Part shown: in pieces, positions 37,626 through 52,289 of the stretch
How positions within the stretch are numbered: position 1 is the first letter of the stretch
Layout: each line of letters begins with the position of its first letter
Origin: Auanema rhodensis
Taxonomy: Eukaryota; Animalia; Nematoda
Length of the DNA stretch: 64,000 nt
Assembly: GCA_964057225.1 (NCBI GenBank)
Contig: OZ059899.1
Span: 6,572,001 to 6,636,000 of the forward strand
Direction: 5' to 3'
Made by a program: the position numbers and the translations under genes
Notes under the pieces: model-generated
What the model was told of the DNA's origin: nothing
What the model saw: only the letters and a program-made list of their open reading frames with translations
Database searches by the model: none

Positions 37626-39413
37626 CTAGGGTACCCGATTGAATAGCACGTTTTCAGTTCGTTCGGACGCTAAACTCTCTTCGAATTCGTAAGAATCAGC
37701 AGAACTATCGTATAAAATCGAAGTATTAATTTTTGAATCAGTTTTAGGAGTCCCATTTCTGTCCCTCAGGAAATAAAATGTATCGGCAGAGTCGACTCCT
37801 GCGTCCTCAACTATTGTTTTGGTTAACGCCTAAACGATACATCAGAACACAAAATTTCACACTTAACTCACAGTAGATCTATTTTTGAGAATATGAAGAC
37901 GAGATTCGAAAAGTTCAAGAGCATAGTTATATAAAGCAATATCAAGATGATTTTTTTCTTTAATTAATTCTAGCTGTTTGCTTGTAATTAGCGTATCGTT
38001 CGATTTACTTTTCGTCCAATCAGCAAGATGTTTGGTAAATCTGATAAAGATACTATTAGGATATACTATTCAAAAACTTATCAGCACCTTAAGCCAAAAA
38101 GTTCCTCAAACATAAATTGACTATCATCCATTTTTTCTTTAATTCCAAAGTAAGCCAAATTTCTTAGATTATTTTTAGCACTTTCTAACATGATTTTATC
38201 TCGGATATCCTGAGTCATATCATTTCGTGAATAACAATTAACAAGGGTTAAATCAGCTAGCATTCTTGTTTGCCTAAAAATTTATATAATATTAATTATT
38301 ATTTTGACAAATTATATTTTCACTGTACTTACCGATTAAAAGCTAAATTATATGGGCAATGAAGAAATTCGTCAATCGAAACGTCTTCCCAACCAACTTG
38401 GGGATCAAAACACAATGGCAATTCATCAGTAGTAGGTGGACGTCCATTGCACACATGCCTATAAAGTAAATGTTTTATCAAACATTGGCAGTGAATACGA
38501 ATACCTGGATGCAATCCATGTTGCTCCTCTGTTAACATGCCGATACTCAGAAATAAACCTGGTAACTGGTTCGCGCAGAAACGATGTGTAATAATATCTT
38601 CTCTTTTTGTGAGATCCTAAAAAGTGAAATTTACAAAAGCTATTAAATATTACATACCTTCTTTTTTATCTAAAGTAGTATCGACACAGCCACTTACATA
38701 AAGTTCTGTAAAATCAGCATGAAGCCCGCAAACCCAGCCAGTAGAATAACGCGAAAATAACCAAATCTTCAACAACAAAAGATATCCAAATAAATAGAAT
38801 TTTGTATTTTCTTTACCTCATTAAGGTTATTAGGTCGACGACAAGTGCACCTCTTTTTGCCTTTACTACACTGACATGGTGATTCTAGATCTAAATATCT
38901 AACTAGGTATTTTTCAAATGAAGTCCCAGCAGTTTTTTGTATATGAAGAAACACAATGACATCGGTTTGAGTTATATCAAATCTAAAAAAAAACATTTAG
39001 GTAAAGAATGCAGATTTTTCAAAAACCTTTTAGATTTATCTGAAAAAATTTGATTAAACGAAACATCCCATCTACGGTAATAAGATGGGCGAAAATTTGT
39101 GTACACACTATTTTTGAGAGCAAAGTTCCGCATTTCTTCCACAGAATATCTAAAAGAATTATATAGTACTAAAGCTATGTGTATACTTTATGATTTTGGG
39201 CAAGTTCAACTACCTTGTAGAAGCGAATCCATCAGAAAATGAGTTTTCATTGGATGTTGAAGCTAAATAATAAGTTATACCAAACAAGTTTTAAAAAAAA
39301 CCTATAATATAATAAAAAGCAGGTACTCCAACAAATAAAAGTGAGACCACGAGAAATCGACGGGTGAAACATATTGGCACCACATATACTCTATTATTTT
39401 GAGGCCGTAGCAT
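37626..39413 (-). CDS. hst-6: Heparan sulfate 6-O-sulfotransferase
   Basis: Type II TM N-terminus; DVIVFLHIQKTAGTSF (PAPS loop), WLFSRYSTGWVCGLHADFTEL, FLREPVTRFISEYRHV, CPYNLAFNRQTRMLADL. Confidence 0.95.
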
Positions 39414-40454
39414 TATTTATTGAATAATAGCATGTCTCTGAAAAAGGAAAGCTTAAAGCAATCGTATAATTTCAATAAAAAAAAAGAAATGTATGCTTGA
39501 AATATAAAAGAAAATTAAATAGCTCAATTTATTTCGAAAACGGAACAGTTGTTCACATTTTCTAGAAATACACTGATTGGGTAACAACTATAAGAATATA
39601 GAAAGTGTGGAAATGTAACAATGTTGGTCCAACAATGCCGGTATGAGGCTAAGCAGCCTATGAGCAGATGGCAATTGTCAAAAATATTCGTGAAGTCCAA
39701 TCAAAGAGCAGGGAAGGATGGATAGCAGAGCAGATGGCCAGTCATGATTTGACCAAACATGCACAAGACAATGATGTAATAGGTACAATAACCAATTGGT
39801 ACGATTGTGGAAACTGATAAAAAAACAGAAAAAGAAATACTTTCTGTTCAAACAAATTCGAGCTCAGCGCATGCGCTTAAGGCATTTTGGGGCACAAGTG
39901 CCTCTCAGAGGCATTGATTTTATGAAAGTGTTTGTGGTAATTATTCCCAATGCCCAGATGTTGAATATTCAAACACATGTGTTGAAAATGTGAAACAAAA
40001 GGAAACATAAATATCAAATTTCATCTTTTAAACTTTAAATGGAATGACAGTAATACAATCACAAAATCTGCAATTTTATTGAAATGAAAATAATACATTA
40101 AAATAATTCACAAAGTGTTTTATAGCTTATTTAGATTTAAAATATATAAACACCAGTAAATCATAGTATTGCTGTTAAACGGCATAAATATACCTACTAC
40201 CGGAGGATTTATAGGAGAGGTTACGGTAAAGCCATCTTGTGTGTTAGTCGTGACGTTCATACATCCATTTTCAATTTTTCGAATACTTTAATTAACAGTT
40301 ATTTAACTAATATTAAAAAGTTAAGTTTTAATTGCTAACCAAAGTGTATGAAACGTTGTGATATTGAAAAAATGCATTTTATAGCATTTGTCTAATTTCT
40401 TAAATTGATTTATTTTAAAAATATTTTCATTTATTAATATTTTACAATAATCAG

Positions 40455-41366
40455 ATGGCACGTAATGTTCTTGAAGATGATGGCGCCCGGGAAGTGGCTC
40501 ACGTTGAGGATGATAAACATGTTAGATTTTCTTAATTTTACTGTTGATATTAATTTGTTTTAGGGAGATGGAAAAATTGTCGATGTTGAAGATCGTGAAG
40601 AATATTTTGTAAAACCATTGTATACCTATTATTGCGTTTGTGGACAGGTTTGAATTCCTTAAGTTATGTTCTTAGTAAATAATTCAGATGGGCATGATTA
40701 GTGATTGTTTGTTAGCACGAATGCCTTTAAGAAGGCGAGATCATGCGCGAGTGATTGATCCTGCTCGGACAACTGCAAAAACTTTCAAAACCGTTGGTGA
40801 GACTGTTTATGTAAAAAGGTTTTACTTTTCAATTATCTCATTTTTATACGATCTAATAAATCTTTAGGAAGGAAGGCCTGGAGCAGCAATACAGGAAAAA
40901 TTGTACCAAATGTTCTGTTCCATTATTTTATCAACATCCGTTTAATTTAAAATTGACGTTTATTTTCGATCAAGCTTTGCTATCAGCTCAAGAAGTTGGA
41001 GGTTTTAGTGGTAACAATGAAGAACAAAAGGCTAAAAAGGTGACAATATTTTTTTGCTTTTCACTTAAAACTGCTTTATTACAGGTTGTCATGAGAAGGA
41101 ATGTGAAAAACCAAGGAAAAGTTGGCTCAGTTACTGTGTCTACCATGGAAGGCGAAGAAGAGGATGAAATCGAAGCTGTAAATTGGGATTTGATTTGTTT
41201 TTTTTATTAATGTGTGAATATTCAGAGAGAAACAGCTGAATCATACTCCTTAAATGCCAGAATTGTACAAGAAGCTTTGAAACGTAAAGGTATGATCAAG
41301 AACAGAATGATGGGTAATGAAGTAAATGAGGAACCTACTATGAAGAAGCGAGGAACTTTGTTATAA
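40455..41366 (+). CDS. STEEP1: STING ER exit protein 1 / CXorf56 homologue
   Basis: [99 protein letters not shown]. Confidence 0.9.
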
Positions 41367-41938
41367 TTTTAGTTTAAATCATATAATATTGATTTAAAAT
41401 TGTACATTTGATTAGTTATAACTAATAATTAATTATTGTTATTTTCAATACACCAAGTCCTAAATTTACTGAATGGACAACACATAAAACTTCAAACAAA
41501 ACAATTCTTAGGTTTTATTCGTAACTACTCAAGAGGAATTAATGCGAATTGGAGGAATTTTCGATTGTTTGAGATTTCTTTCACTAGTAAAAACAGATAT
41601 TGTATAGTTTGCCTTAATATTTCCTTCCTTTTTTAAGGTGTCATGGGTTTTCAACGTGAATAAGAATAGGCTAGCATGAGGATACAATTTGTCCTATTTG
41701 AGATTTTTCTTTTTTAAAAGCCAAAACAAAAACTTTGCAACAAATAATCTAGTGCTGTAGTACTCTAACAATACCTTTATTATATTTTGTACATTATGTT
41801 GAACATTTTATCAAAACTTTATATGTATAGATAAGGAAGAGACCATTATTAATTTTCTGTACTTGTTCATTTTATTTTGAAAAATGAACTCTACGAAACA
41901 AAATGACGATTTATTTGGCTGTTTAAGTACTGATGACA

Positions 41939-42993
41939 TTAAAACTGTTCGTCTTGTAGATTCCACATAGGTTCTATCATATATTTTTTTCCACGTAGTT
42001 CAACAGTAGCTGGAGGCAAGAGAGTCCGTATCATTTCCTGAAGTTTTCTATTTTTAGTTTAATAATTTGTTGTTTTATGGGGAAAATGCTATAAACGTTT
42101 GAATACTTCACAAAGCTCGTAGACCTCCTAGTTTAAAATGTGGATAACGAGCAAGGGAAAAAAACTAATTTCAACTTAAATCTTCATTCATATGAATTTG
42201 GAATTGAATAAAGATTGTTCTCATCTTTCGAGAACATACCACTTCCTTCCCTTCCATTACGATGTTTGATCGATTCTAAACTTTATGACATCATTTCACT
42301 AACAGTTTAAGTAGCTGTTTTAGAAATGATTTTTAATCTATTTGAAGCTTTAGAAATCAATTATTCATGGTCAAGGAAAGGTACGGCCTACATATTGCAG
42401 GATACAACTGTGCACTACCCTTATTATAGGTCATCAATTTAATTTCATGCCTTTCGATTTAGGTTCACTAAACTTGATATTAAAAATATTTAAAGCGAAT
42501 TTTCACTTATATAAAAATATATATTTATTCTGAAAACGCTGTGTTAAGTTCTAAGTTTAGAGATTTTAAGAGTGAGAAGAGATTTTCTGAATCACAAACA
42601 AAATTCCAAAGCATTTTTATAATATATATATATATATATATATTATAAATGAATATTAATTACTAAAATTATTTTTGAAAATTGAGAAGTTATGGTATTA
42701 GTCAAAAATTTTGTTTAAATTTTTTGTTGCTGTTTGTAAGAATAAAATATTATAAACTATGATGAGCATTTAATAATTGAATAATTATTACATGGGATTA
42801 TAAGTTGTTTCTTTAGTCAGAAATAAACTTGGAAAATAGCATGGCAAACTTTAGTTTTTGGTTGATATTATTATAATCTTAATCTTAATCTTTTCAGTTG
42901 CTGTACCTGTATCCGGGTCATGGAATGCGGTGGAGCTGCATAACATGTAGCCATGAAATAAAGAACGAAAAGTACGAGACCAATAACTTTCAT
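41939..42993 (-). CDS. Candidate amidated neuropeptide precursor (61 aa; exons 42993-42907, 42037-41939)
   Basis: TTTCAG acceptor before the ATG; MKVIGLVLFVLYFMATCYA-APPHSMTRIQEMIRTLLPPATVELR-G-KK-YMIEPMWNLQDEQF*. Signal peptide plus G-KK amidation/cleavage site. Confidence 0.75.
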
Positions 42994-43096
42994 ACTGAGG
43001 TTAACTGAAAGTTTAATATTTCAAAATAAAAACAACATAATTTAATAAGTAATATATCATAAGAGGATGAGATCGAACAAGGTAATGAAGTGAGAA

Positions 43097-43212
43097 ATAT
43101 ATCTATATCTATATAAATATATATATATCTATATATATATATATAGTATATATAGTATATACAAATATTTAAATCTTTAAGTTTATGTATATATATATAT
43201 ATATATTTATAT
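43097..43212. repeat. (TA)n-rich low-complexity tract (further TA runs at ~42622-42642 and ~43396-43415)
   Basis: Direct reading. Confidence 0.85.
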
Positions 43213-46200
43213 GAAAGCATATGAATATGTGTATGTCTATATATACTTTCTAGGTAAAAGAGTTCTCAAAATAAGACAATTTGAATAAGAAGTATCCGAA
43301 AGAGAATACGGAACTAAGCTGACTTCGTGAACTAAAAGAAAAATGTTGATCTTCATCCATTCATAGACTTTTCTAACTATTTTACTATAATACTTTATAT
43401 ATATATATATATATAGTATTGAAAAGTTTATATAAGGAAGTCACACAAATTAATTAAGATATATGGAAGAGTGGTTATGCGTTGATGTCTATAAATCTAA
43501 TATTTAATGATAGGAAATTTGTTAAATTGAATGAAAAAGAAACATGAAAAAGGATTGCCAGACTGAGCGTTTAACGATGATTCGTTTCTTATACTCTAAC
43601 TAAAAGTGTGAGAAGGGGTGGGCCCATTATGCTTTTATAGAGATCTTATAACTCTCCACCTATCATATCCCTCCTTCTCTCTTTCTCCCCCCCCCCTCTC
43701 TCTCTCTACTTGAATTTTTATAGCGACAATTTTAGCACAGTAGTATGTGACATTTTGTATTCAAAAGACTTATGAGTAAATCGAGTAACTTTAGTATTGA
43801 ACTATAAAAAATGGTTTTCATAGAAATATATATATTTATTATATATCTATTTTGGATAAGGGAGGTGCGGTTAAATATATATATATACATAACTAATAAA
43901 AAGAAAAATTAGTTATTTCTCGCTGATGTGAAATAAAATATGAAGAATTTGTCTAACACAGCAGTATTAATAAGGCTGAGATAAGAGGGAGGAGCAACAA
44001 CTTCTAGTTTTCAACTAAAAGGAACGAATAGTTTTAAACAGTTCTAACTCCATAAAGTTTTAGTTAATGTTATATACAAACAATGACTTTATTACGAATT
44101 TGTATAGTAAAATAATTGTAAATTACAGTATATTCTAAGTTTGTGTTACTTAAATGAAATGATGAAATAACTAAAGTAATTATGACAAATTTTCAAAACT
44201 GTCTCCACAAGAAAAAAAAGGTTTGTTGAATGAAAACGAAACAAGAAATATTTAGCATTTCAAATACAACATTTTGTACTCAAAAGGATTTCAAAAAATA
44301 TTCTCAATCTGCATATATATATTATATATACAAACATTTAGCTAAAATGGAATGTTACACAATTTGTAAAATTTTATGATATACAAAAATTCTTGATATA
44401 ATATAAGAAAAAAAATGATGAAAAACACAATAACTGATTATATTTCCATTTTGTTAATAATTATTAAATCAACTAAAATGTATTCCATATCATATGACAA
44501 CAAACTTTAAAAGTATTTGAAAAAAATGAAAAAAGAGTTTGAATGTAGGGAGGGGGAGGTAGGTTCTATGACGAATGAATTTTGCATACTTTTATTAAGT
44601 AATCTCGATTTTAAATTCAAAATTGGTTTTTTGGTTTTTTTTATATGAACCTTCAGTTCTCGTATTCATCTCTTATCCCAACACATGAGCGATTTGAGCT
44701 CTAGAAGGAAATGTCGTCGTAGTAGTGATGTCACTGCATATCTTATACATATGTATAAGCTGTCTATAATAAGAATAAAAATATATATGGTAAAAGCTAA
44801 AAGTAAAGACAATGATTTATATTATTTTAATATGCATAATGTTATGCCCTCCCAAGATTTTGAATATAAAAATATGTGAAAAAAAAATTAAAAGGGAAGA
44901 TAGAAATAATGTACATATATGCGGGGTTGCCAAAGGCTATTTCAAAAGAATACGTACACTGAAAAAGGGGAACAAAATTATTTGGTTATGAATAAGAGAT
45001 TCATCTCTTAAGCCCTATATAGGCATATGTGTATATTTAGAATCGGGTGGTCAACCCAGATATATCCTGAAACGTTTTTTAAAATATCAAAGTAGAAGCT
45101 AGGGAAACTTTATGAGAATTGCATATCAGGAGAGATAATAAAGAAATAAATAATTTAAAAAACATTATTTCTTCATTTCTGAAAAGAAAAACGTGTCGTG
45201 TAGGCATCATAGAAAATTATTTTTATAATTGTTCCAACAGAATTAGCTTTTCGAGAAAAGTTCTTTCTTCTTTTCCGTTCCACTTGTAAAATATATGTGA
45301 AATGGTGGAATTAATGAAAATTAAAATACATCAGTTTTTCAATTGTTAAACTCATTATAGGATTTGTGTCATCTTTATCCTTTCAACTATACGACAGCTT
45401 TGAGTCAAATAGTTTTCTAGATTAACGATGATGATCATTTGCTCAAAAAAGGTTAGCTATTACCGGAAGCAGAAAATTCCATTAACATTCGCACTTTCAA
45501 ATTCTCACAATACAAAGTTGGAAATATCAGAGGGGTTAATCAAAAGAAAAAAAAATCTCGAATTAAGTGAGTAATTTGAATTTGTCAAATTGCTATACAA
45601 GGTGAGTACCTTACAGATGCATTTTAATGATAATTTTCTTTATTCAATGTCTTCGAATTATGTGACGTCACTGATTCTAAAAAGTTAACATCCTTATGAC
45701 TGTGACGTACATAGATGACACTGATTGGAACGTCCTCAATAGATACATATTTCAGAATCAAGTTCTAGCTATTTCTAGTGTTTAGCAATTACGTCATAAT
45801 AGCAGAAAACAGAATTTAAGTTAAATTAAACTGTTTAACGTATAAATTAGCCAGTTTATAAGTGCAAATATGTAAGACATGTGTATGAATGCATGTTCTT
45901 ATAAAAAATGTATTTTGTATTTTGCGAAAGAAGTTCAGAAACTTTCCAATTATTTGCAAATTTTGTTTATAATTTTATATTCAATGAAATACTTGTATTT
46001 ATATATATATATGTATCTGCAATATTTCCAAAAAGCTTTTTTTCTGAATGTATTTCTCAGTACAAATTGTTTCCCTGATCCATTTTTTGTTTCATTTTAT
46101 TTTTAAAATTAGTTTTATTATTTTAATTTATTACGATAATTATATAAACATATACATATTGGATATAATGAATCAAAACCTAAACATATTATATATTTAT

Positions 46201-47880
46201 AAATTAAATATTATAATATTTATATGAATACTATTAAATATTATAAAACAAATATTTCTTATACTTATGAGGTTATTACTCCGATAAATGCGTAAAATGA
46301 AATCAATGTAACAATCTTCTTTTATAAGATTAAAGTAAATTTATGATGAAGCTGAAATGAAAAATCGGTTTAATAAGAAATAAAAATTTTAAAAATATTT
46401 CAAACTTTTTTGGTTTAAAAGTTATTTGAATAAGTTTCGTATTCATATAGTTATAATTAAAGAAAAATTACATTAATTATATTATATATTTTAACAATAT
46501 AAAATATTAAATACTAAATCTTTAAACTTAATTTAATTTTTTAAATCCCAAATAATAAAAATTAATAAATTGTCGGTCAAAATGGGTTGAATTAGAACTA
46601 AGGTGTCATGATTGCTAATTCAATTTGGCTTCCTTAGGGCAATTCTTTTCAGATACAGATTTCTAATTGTAGAATAAATAAGACTTCAAATCCTTTCAAT
46701 GGTTTGTAGTATTTTAGATAGTGGCTTCTAATCGTGATAGTTTACTAGTTAATACGTTGAGAAAAAATATTTTAAAACAAGATTTGTGAAGCCATGACAC
46801 TATTACCATACGATTATATAACAGTTATACGTCAGATCTGTAGACGTAATAGCTTTTTCATCTGCTTTGTTTTCTTCTAATTAGAGAAAATAAACCATTA
46901 TGGAAAAAAAGATTAAATTGAACAAAAATATTGTCTAAATAACGAAAGTATAATTTGCCTAAAATTTTTTTTTCATGTTTTCTTTTTTTAATTTTTGTTG
47001 TTTTCCAGTAAATGAAGAACAATAAATCATAAACTGACTTATACATAATGGTTGCTAATATCTTTTTTTAAATTTTTTGTTTGAGACAGATCTCAAAGCT
47101 GAATTGATTAAGAATGTTTTTCAAACTGAAAAAAAAAGATATTTAATTTCTCAATTTTTTATAAGAATAATACAAAACTACCAAAAACAGTAATATATAA
47201 TTCATATAAAAGTAAATGTTAATCTTTTTGATTTCAAATTTTTTCTTTAACTACAGAATAAAAATTCTCTTTGTAATTTATATTTTATGAAAATTTAAAG
47301 AAATTCCAATTATCATGTTCATATTTATGGTTACTGTAACTGGAATATTCAAAATTTCCTTATGTGTTTCAAACAAATCGGTGTATTTTAATTATTTTCT
47401 AAATTTTATATACTTCTTATAATTTAAATTTTTTATAATTTGGTTCTAGTAGTTCTCTTACAAATAATTGTTTCGAAATTACAGACTTTACCAGAGTGAG
47501 TAGTATGTTTTCAGGTTTGCTCGCCTGAAAATGTTCTTCTGAAAAAATGTTTTCCTACAAAGCTTTGCCACCACAATGTCTGAATTTATGTCTGTTTTCT
47601 TAACTGATACCCATTGGGTTTCTTTAAATATTATTATTATTTTCATTATTTGAGCCTCAGGGACATTTGTTCTCTAGCTCATTGATGTGCATTTTTTATT
47701 TTATCTGATTATTCTTCTTTTGCAATAAATTTTTGTGACATGTGAACGAAATTCGGGCGGAGCCAAAAGCGGCTCAGCAATATAGGCGGAGCTATTAAGT
47801 ATAAGAAAGGATCAGACACAAGAAGCTTAAGCTTCAATCATACTTGCAGATTTGACCAGTTGTTTCCAATTTCAAAAAAT

Positions 47881-48640
47881 ATGCGTTTTTTTGTATTTGG
47901 TAAGACTTATATTATTTTTACTATTATAAACATTATATGTTTTATTCAGGATTACTAACTATATCTATTTTACTTCACGTGTGTCATGCCTCTCCAGTAC
48001 ACAGCATTTGGAATGTATTGCCTATGTCTCCAGTAGGTTTTTTTTCAATTTTTAGTAATATATTCTGAGATGATTTTTCAAAAAAAAAATATTCTTTGAA
48101 AGAGGCTGAATATAATTATTTTAAAAATTTTGTTATCCAAAATAGAGAAAAATTTGATATTTTTTATATTGTTTCGGTGAAAAAAATTCAAACATGCTAG
48201 TATCGCAAGGCTTAAAAGGCTCGAACAAGAATAATGGCATGTTAAAATTTAAAAGGAATCGAAATAGAGCAAATAATATCATTTCCATCCATTAGTTGTA
48301 CATATTTTGTGTTACTAGTTTGGAATTTCTATTTATTACGTTTAAAACAACATGTTTTGATCTCTTGGTTTTTGAACAATTTCATCAAAAGCTATATTTA
48401 AAACATTTCAATATTACAAGTAATATACATAGATACATATTTGAATTGAAAAACAATTATTTTTTTAAGATTTAAGAAGTAATTGCAAAATCAAATATTT
48501 TAAACATTTTGAATTTATAGGCTAAACGTATGTATGGACTATATCAACATTTGCCACAATATGTTCCAGTTAAGGAATTAAAAGACAAACGAACACATTT
48601 CATTTTACCACCCATACCATTTTATGAATATGAAGACTAA
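47881..48640 (+). CDS. nlp-57: Neuropeptide-like precursor, probably NLP-57-like (exons 47881-47899, 47950-48032, 48521-48640)
   Basis: MRFFVFGLLTISILLHVCHA-SPVHSIWNVLPMSPA-KR-MYGLYQHLPQYVPVKELKD-KR-THFILPPIPFYEYED*. Signal peptide and two KR sites. Resembles C. elegans NLP-57 peptides as I recall them (SPIHGIWNNLP.., VYGFYNYLP..); the symbol is tentative. Confidence 0.75.
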
Positions 48641-48765
48641 TATTATATTTTTAGTTTTCATCACCTCAATAAAATGTATTTTATTTTATTTTAAATTCAT
48701 ATATTATAACTATTTTTACTAATATTTCGTAATAATAAATAAATAAAATATTTATTGTAGCAAGG

Positions 48766-51417
48766 CTATGGTCCGTACTCATTAAAATTATTCTTACAAC
48801 AGATATCCGCATCAAATAGATCAAAAAGTTCGGCTAAATGGGAATTTTCCCGAAGAATAAAAACAGATCTCTGAAAATAAATGTATTAGATAATTTTATT
48901 CGTTAATATAATAATTCACTGTAAGTTTTGGTAATAATAGCATCAGTTCACCGATCTTACGTGTTATTTCGTTTTCTGGTAGGTTTTGAAGTCTGAAACT
49001 ATTACTTTAAGGAGAACAAGATGAATGACTATGTTGAAAAGGATTGTTAACAAGCCAACAATTCAGAAAAAAATAGTCTTCATAGCTACATATTGCTCAT
49101 GAATTGTAATGATCGCAATGGGTTGTTTTTGGAAAAAAGTTGCAGTCCATAACAACTGTTTCTTATTCGAAAGAACTTGGTTATATACGTTAGTCATAAC
49201 GAAAAGAAATGAATTATTTTTAAAATCGAAAAGAAAAGTAACCTGTAATAAACATGGAGATCATCTAATATTATAGCTTGAGTATTATGAATCATATTAA
49301 CAGTATCAGGTAACAGTGATAGAACAGCTGAAAAAAAGAAAGTGATTTCAAATTATAAAGCAAAAATCAGAGTTTGTCAAACAATTACTAAATGAAACAG
49401 AAACAGATAATAACAGCTTAAAGAAAGTTTATCTGCTTATTTATATTCCTAAGAACTATAAAAGAATTCTTAATCAAGATAAAATTAGTAGTCAATCTTC
49501 ATATCTCTTAAGGACAACAAATTCAATTGTTGGCCGAATGGTCTAGGGGTATGATTCTCGCTTTGGGTGCGAGAGGTCCCGGGTTCAAATCCCGGTTCGG
49601 CCCTAATTTTAATCTAGTTTTTGTTTTCAAACTTATATAATTTCCTATTTAATTACCGTCATTCCACAAAAAGAATCCAAGAATAGCAACGTATTCTATT
49701 TCACTTATTTGTATTCTTTTCATATGAGCTATTATAACATTTACAATATAGTCCATCGCTGGTCGGAATAAACTGCAATATTTTGAATTGAATCATGTTT
49801 AAGTTGAAACCAAACTTTGCAGCCTCTTCTGGAGCGCTATGAACTCCTTGACAATTTACATAGAATTTTTCAAGCTGATTGAACTCAATATATCCACCAT
49901 CAGGCATAACCAAGCGGTCATTCTCTACACATTCATAAGTTACCAATATTTCATAGAAAATCATTACCTTCTAAGTGTCCAAATCGTTTGTATGATTGAT
50001 ATGCAGGATCGGTATGAGACAAATAACAAAAAAAGCTTTGAAATAGTCGAATCTAGAAGAAATTCGGGTTGAAAGTCTAAAAACTGGATTTATTATATGC
50101 TTTGTTTATATTATGTATATATGTATATATCCATATTATGCACTTGTATTCAAAAAATTTTAAATCCAAAAAACCTTTTCTGGAAATGGAAGTGTACTGA
50201 AAGGATGAAAATATGTGTTGATTACATCAGTTATAAGATGAGCTTCCCATTGACAAACTTTCTTACAGGAATCAAAATTAGATGCTTTTATGTCCTAAAA
50301 TAGTGAATATCATATGGTAAATTTAATTGGAAAATTAATCTCTTTCACCAAAAGAATTCAACCGTTATACATTAAGTGAAATAAATGAACTATTTCTCGT
50401 TCACTGTCACTTTTATGCTAATTTATAAATAAAAGTCAGCTCATTTCAATGACGTCATCATCATTACAACGGAAAATCGTTTTGTACTATATAGTATAAA
50501 TAAAGTCTGACAAAGTGACATCAGAGTAATAACATACATATTTAACAGCAACATACATACATACCTGTTGATTTGTGAATATTTCTCCATTCATGTTGTT
50601 TGTAAGCATAGAGTTTGTAGCTTTCCGAATAGTTAAGAAATGCATATATCCTGAAAAAATATTAATTAATTAATTTTTACGCAATATAATATTTTAAAGA
50701 GAAACCTTCATGCATTTTCCCAAGAACTTTCAAAGACTCATTCGATTCGGGTACATTCGATGGTATATTCTGTTATATATTTAGTAATTATGGCACCAAA
50801 ATTAATATGATACCTGGCTTGGTTGAATTGCGGGCTTCACAACATCACTAGACGATGTGGCGTAAGCAATAGTTGAAGTGGAAGGAGAAGTCTAAAATGT
50901 TTTTAATTTATTTTATGATCATGAAATAAAACTATTTAGATACTTCTGATCTTTTTCTCTTTCCAATACCATCTCTCGAATTTTGCACAGCTTAAAATAC
51001 AAATAAATAATGAGACGAACATAAATAAATAAAACCAGTAATTTGCATTCCTTGAGAAAGGCATTTCTTGAATCTGCATGAACGACACATATTTCTTTGA
51101 GCTAATAGGTTTTATAAATAAATTATTCATGTTATATATTCAATCAACCTTTATCAATTATACATTGCTGTTTGGAGCGACAACAATATTCTAAACGCAT
51201 GGAAACTGTTCTCCGAAAGAATGCTGCACAAGCTCTAAACATTAAACCATAATTTAGATAAAGTAGATATTTGATTTAAAAATATAAGAAACTTATCAAA
51301 GCGAATCAAATGTAATCACCTGCATGTAAAAGCTCCAAAATGAATGCCATCAGATGCATCATAGCATATTAAACAAACTTCTTTGGAGCTTTTCCTATTT
51401 TCGTCCGATATCTCCAT
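48766..51417 (-). CDS. Nematode supplementary nuclear hormone receptor (HNF4-derived NHR)
   Basis: C4 zinc fingers [50 protein letters not shown]. LBD motifs RLVMPDGGYI, EIEYVAILGFFLWND, RKIGELMLLLPKL. Confidence 0.92.
49532..49603 (+). tRNA. tRNA-Pro (anticodon UGG)
   Basis: GGCCGAATGGTCTAGGGGTATGATTCTCGCTTTGGGTGCGAGAGGTCCCGGGTTCAAATCCCGGTTCGGCCC: cloverleaf, A and B boxes, TTTT terminator downstream. Confidence 0.98.
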
Positions 51418-52289
51418 TTATATGATAAAAGTGCAACCTATCCGATCAATTTTTAATTTTTTAGAAAAAAAAATTAAATTTCCAGTTAACAAAAAAATTG
51501 AAATGAAACCAACGTTGGTTTATTGATAGTGATAGTGATATTGTATGCTGATAACATGGACTCAATTAAAATTAAGACGACAATTTTGCGAGAGTTGACT
51601 TTCATTCACTTCACTAGTTTTTTAAAATTAAAACATCATGAAAAGAGTAATTAATTTAAGGATAAACTCCAGCTTCCGACGATATAAATAAGATCAAAAT
51701 TGGTAGTTTAGATGAAAGCTGTCTTTCTTGAAGTAAATACTTTAAAAAAAAATAGTAAAGAAAATATACGTCACGTTTTTAAACTAAATTAATCAATAAT
51801 AATAATGTTTCTGATTTGTTATAGTTAGAAGTCAAAAATGAAAACAGACTCCAGCCAAATTAGTCAAGTTTGAATGATAACAGAATAGAAACTATAATTA
51901 TTGAAGAGAAACATTTACTTATTATGTTATCTTTAATGTACAATTCTAGAGCTTTGATAGACAGTAGAAGGATTACTATTCATATTTATATGTTTTGCTA
52001 TACATACATATATACATAAAAAAGTTTCAAACATTAGGTTATTTCAATTTTCATTTTATCTCAAAATGAAAAATTCTTATTTTGGTAAGGAAACGTGAAA
52101 AGACATTCATCCGATTATTGTCAACTGACGTCGAACTAAGACTATTCAGAGTGTATTCAGTAACTAGAAATGTGATCATCAAAGTTCAGATAAAATTTTG
52201 TAAGAACATTTTTATTCAAGTATTGTATATTATACATGATCATGAAACATTTTCATAACTATATATCAATCATTGATGTTTGAGTAATT

